From assembly GCA_040752415.1 (NCBI GenBank), contig JBFMGU010000080.1, positions 1 through 39,477 of the forward strand: DNA of 39,477 nt. The letters run 5' to 3'. Positions 38,473 to 39,477 of this stretch are shown here, one piece after another. The stretch comes from Myxococcota bacterium (lineage in GTDB: Bacteria; Myxococcota; JACRCW01). Below the pieces are notes generated by a model, which searched no databases, was not told the origin of the DNA, and was given only the letters and a program-made list of their open reading frames with translations. Made by a program: the position numbers and the translations under genes. Each line of letters begins with the position of its first letter. Within the stretch, counting starts at the first letter, position 1.

Positions 38473-38687
38473 GATCCACTCCATGATTTTCGCGGAGCCC
38501 CCGCCCGGCTTTCGTCACAACCCACGCGGCGGCTTGAGGCTAGGGCCAGCCCGTGCGCGCTGCCAAGGTGCACACCGGTGCATGTCAACAACGGTGACGG
38601 ACGGCACACCGCGCCGACGTGATGCACAGCACGTCAGGGAAATGCTGAGTTTGCGCGGGCGGACCGACGGGCGGAGGACGCGGCGCG

Positions 38688-39017
38688 TCACTCCTGGCGC
38701 TTCTTGAAGGCGATCTTCAGGCGTTCCACCGGGCGACCACCGATGATGTGCTCGCGCACGATCTCCTCGGCGTCGGCGACGGTGGGCACGCTGTACCAGG
38801 TGGCATCCGGGTAGACCACGACGGTGGGACCGTACTCACACGCATCCAGGCACCCGGCGGAGTTGCAGCGCACCTCACCGCGCAGCCCGTGCTCATCCAC
38901 CAGCTTCTTCATGGCCAGGCGGATGTCGACGGAGCCCTTGCGCTTGCAGCAGCCCTTGGGATTGTCGGGGGCGCGCTCGTTCTCACAGACGAAGATGTGG
39001 TGCTTGAATCGGCTCAT
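38688..39017 (-). CDS. Thioredoxin-like [2Fe-2S] ferredoxin
   Basis: HIFVCENER...GCC...GCLDACEYGPTVVVYPDATWY...EHIIGGRPVERL is the Aquifex/Clostridium-type Trx-fold ferredoxin pattern. Confidence 0.93.
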   Translation of the reverse strand: MSRFKHHIFVCENERAPDNPKGCCKRKGSVDIRLAMKKLVDEHGLRGEVRCNSAGCLDACEYGPTVVVYPDATWYSVPTVADAEEIVREHIIGGRPVERLKIAFKKRQE

Positions 39018-39038
39018 GACGTCACGCGGTGGGAGCCC

Positions 39039-39477
39039 TCACCTGCTGGCCACTGCCACCGAGACGCTCCCGTTGCTGCCGGTGACCTTGTAGGTGCTGG
39101 CCAGCCTTGCGCTCAGCACGTCCAGGACCAATCGCACGCCGCCGGGGCGGTTGCCAACGCGGATCCTGCTGATGGGCCCCTTGCCCTTGAGCTCCGTGGG
39201 ACCGCTGTAACTGTTGGCGGCGAGGTCGACCACCACGCGGTCCGGGCCCTTGAGCGTGAAATGGCGCTCCACCTTCTTCACGCCGCTGATGGGCAGCACC
39301 AGCTGGTTGCCGCGCATCACCGGGGCCCCCAGCGTGAGCGCACCCTTCACCGGCGCCGGCGCGGCCTTCACGGGCTTGGGCGCGGCGGGCGGCTCCCGCC
39401 GGGGCGCGGGCTTCTCCACCGGCGCGGCGGCAACGGGAGCGGGAGCGGGCGCGGGGGCCACCGGCGCGGGAGCCGGC
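39039..39477 (-). CDS. AMIN-domain protein (5' end lies outside the window)
   Basis: Pro/Ala-rich linker followed by HFTLKGPDRVVVDL and ISRIRVG...VRLVLD. The frame is open to the window edge. Confidence 0.8.
   Translation of the reverse strand, partial: PAPAPVAPAPAPAPVAAAPVEKPAPRREPPAAPKPVKAAPAPVKGALTLGAPVMRGNQLVLPISGVKKVERHFTLKGPDRVVVDLAANSYSGPTELKGKGPISRIRVGNRPGGVRLVLDVLSARLASTYKVTGSNGSVSVAVASR

Noticed and set aside
38550..38566. Minus-strand TTGGCA upstream of the giant gene as a sigma54 promoter
   Set aside because: There is no GC at the required GG-N10-GC position.
29947..38622. Very long plus-strand ORFs (1123 aa and 1743 aa; also 25222-27801) opposite the giant gene
   Set aside because: Antisense shadow frames expected from high-GC codon bias. 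They are rich in His/Arg/Gly/Val with no motifs, while the minus-strand ORF has a coherent domain structure.

Overview
A very GC-rich bacterial chromosomal window, probably Myxococcota. That assignment is inferred from a MYXO-CTERM-like tail, Myxococcus-type Cys-rich repeats, an MglA-like GTPase and a GltF/CglF-like motif. It holds about 21 genes: an M61 peptidase and ATP-grasp pair; a VWA lipoprotein-histidine kinase-OmpR regulator operon; an S8 protease; a Cys8 zinc-binding protein; a GH31 lipoprotein; a DUF3754 protein; a second ATP-grasp-like protein; a DUF4388 protein divergent from an orphan MglA-like GTPase and an ATL gene; a VWA-cysteine desulfurase-membrane protein run; an MBL hydrolase; a Kelch lipoprotein behind a predicted sigma54 promoter; a ~4500-aa modular surface lipoprotein; a thioredoxin-like 2Fe-2S ferredoxin; and a truncated AMIN protein. 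I saw no rRNA, tRNA, CRISPR array or transposase. The most notable signals are: (1) a gliding-protein GltF/CglF-like motif embedded in the VWA lipoprotein of an apparently autoregulated two-component operon; (2) the giant lipoprotein, with 8 three-domain Ig super-repeats, Cys-rich repeats inserted inside an Ig domain and 14 FG-GAP repeats; (3) two long non-coding fold-back elements between convergent genes, a 234-bp palindrome and a heptamer-based nested inverted repeat. All family calls come from motif recognition by eye, not database searches.
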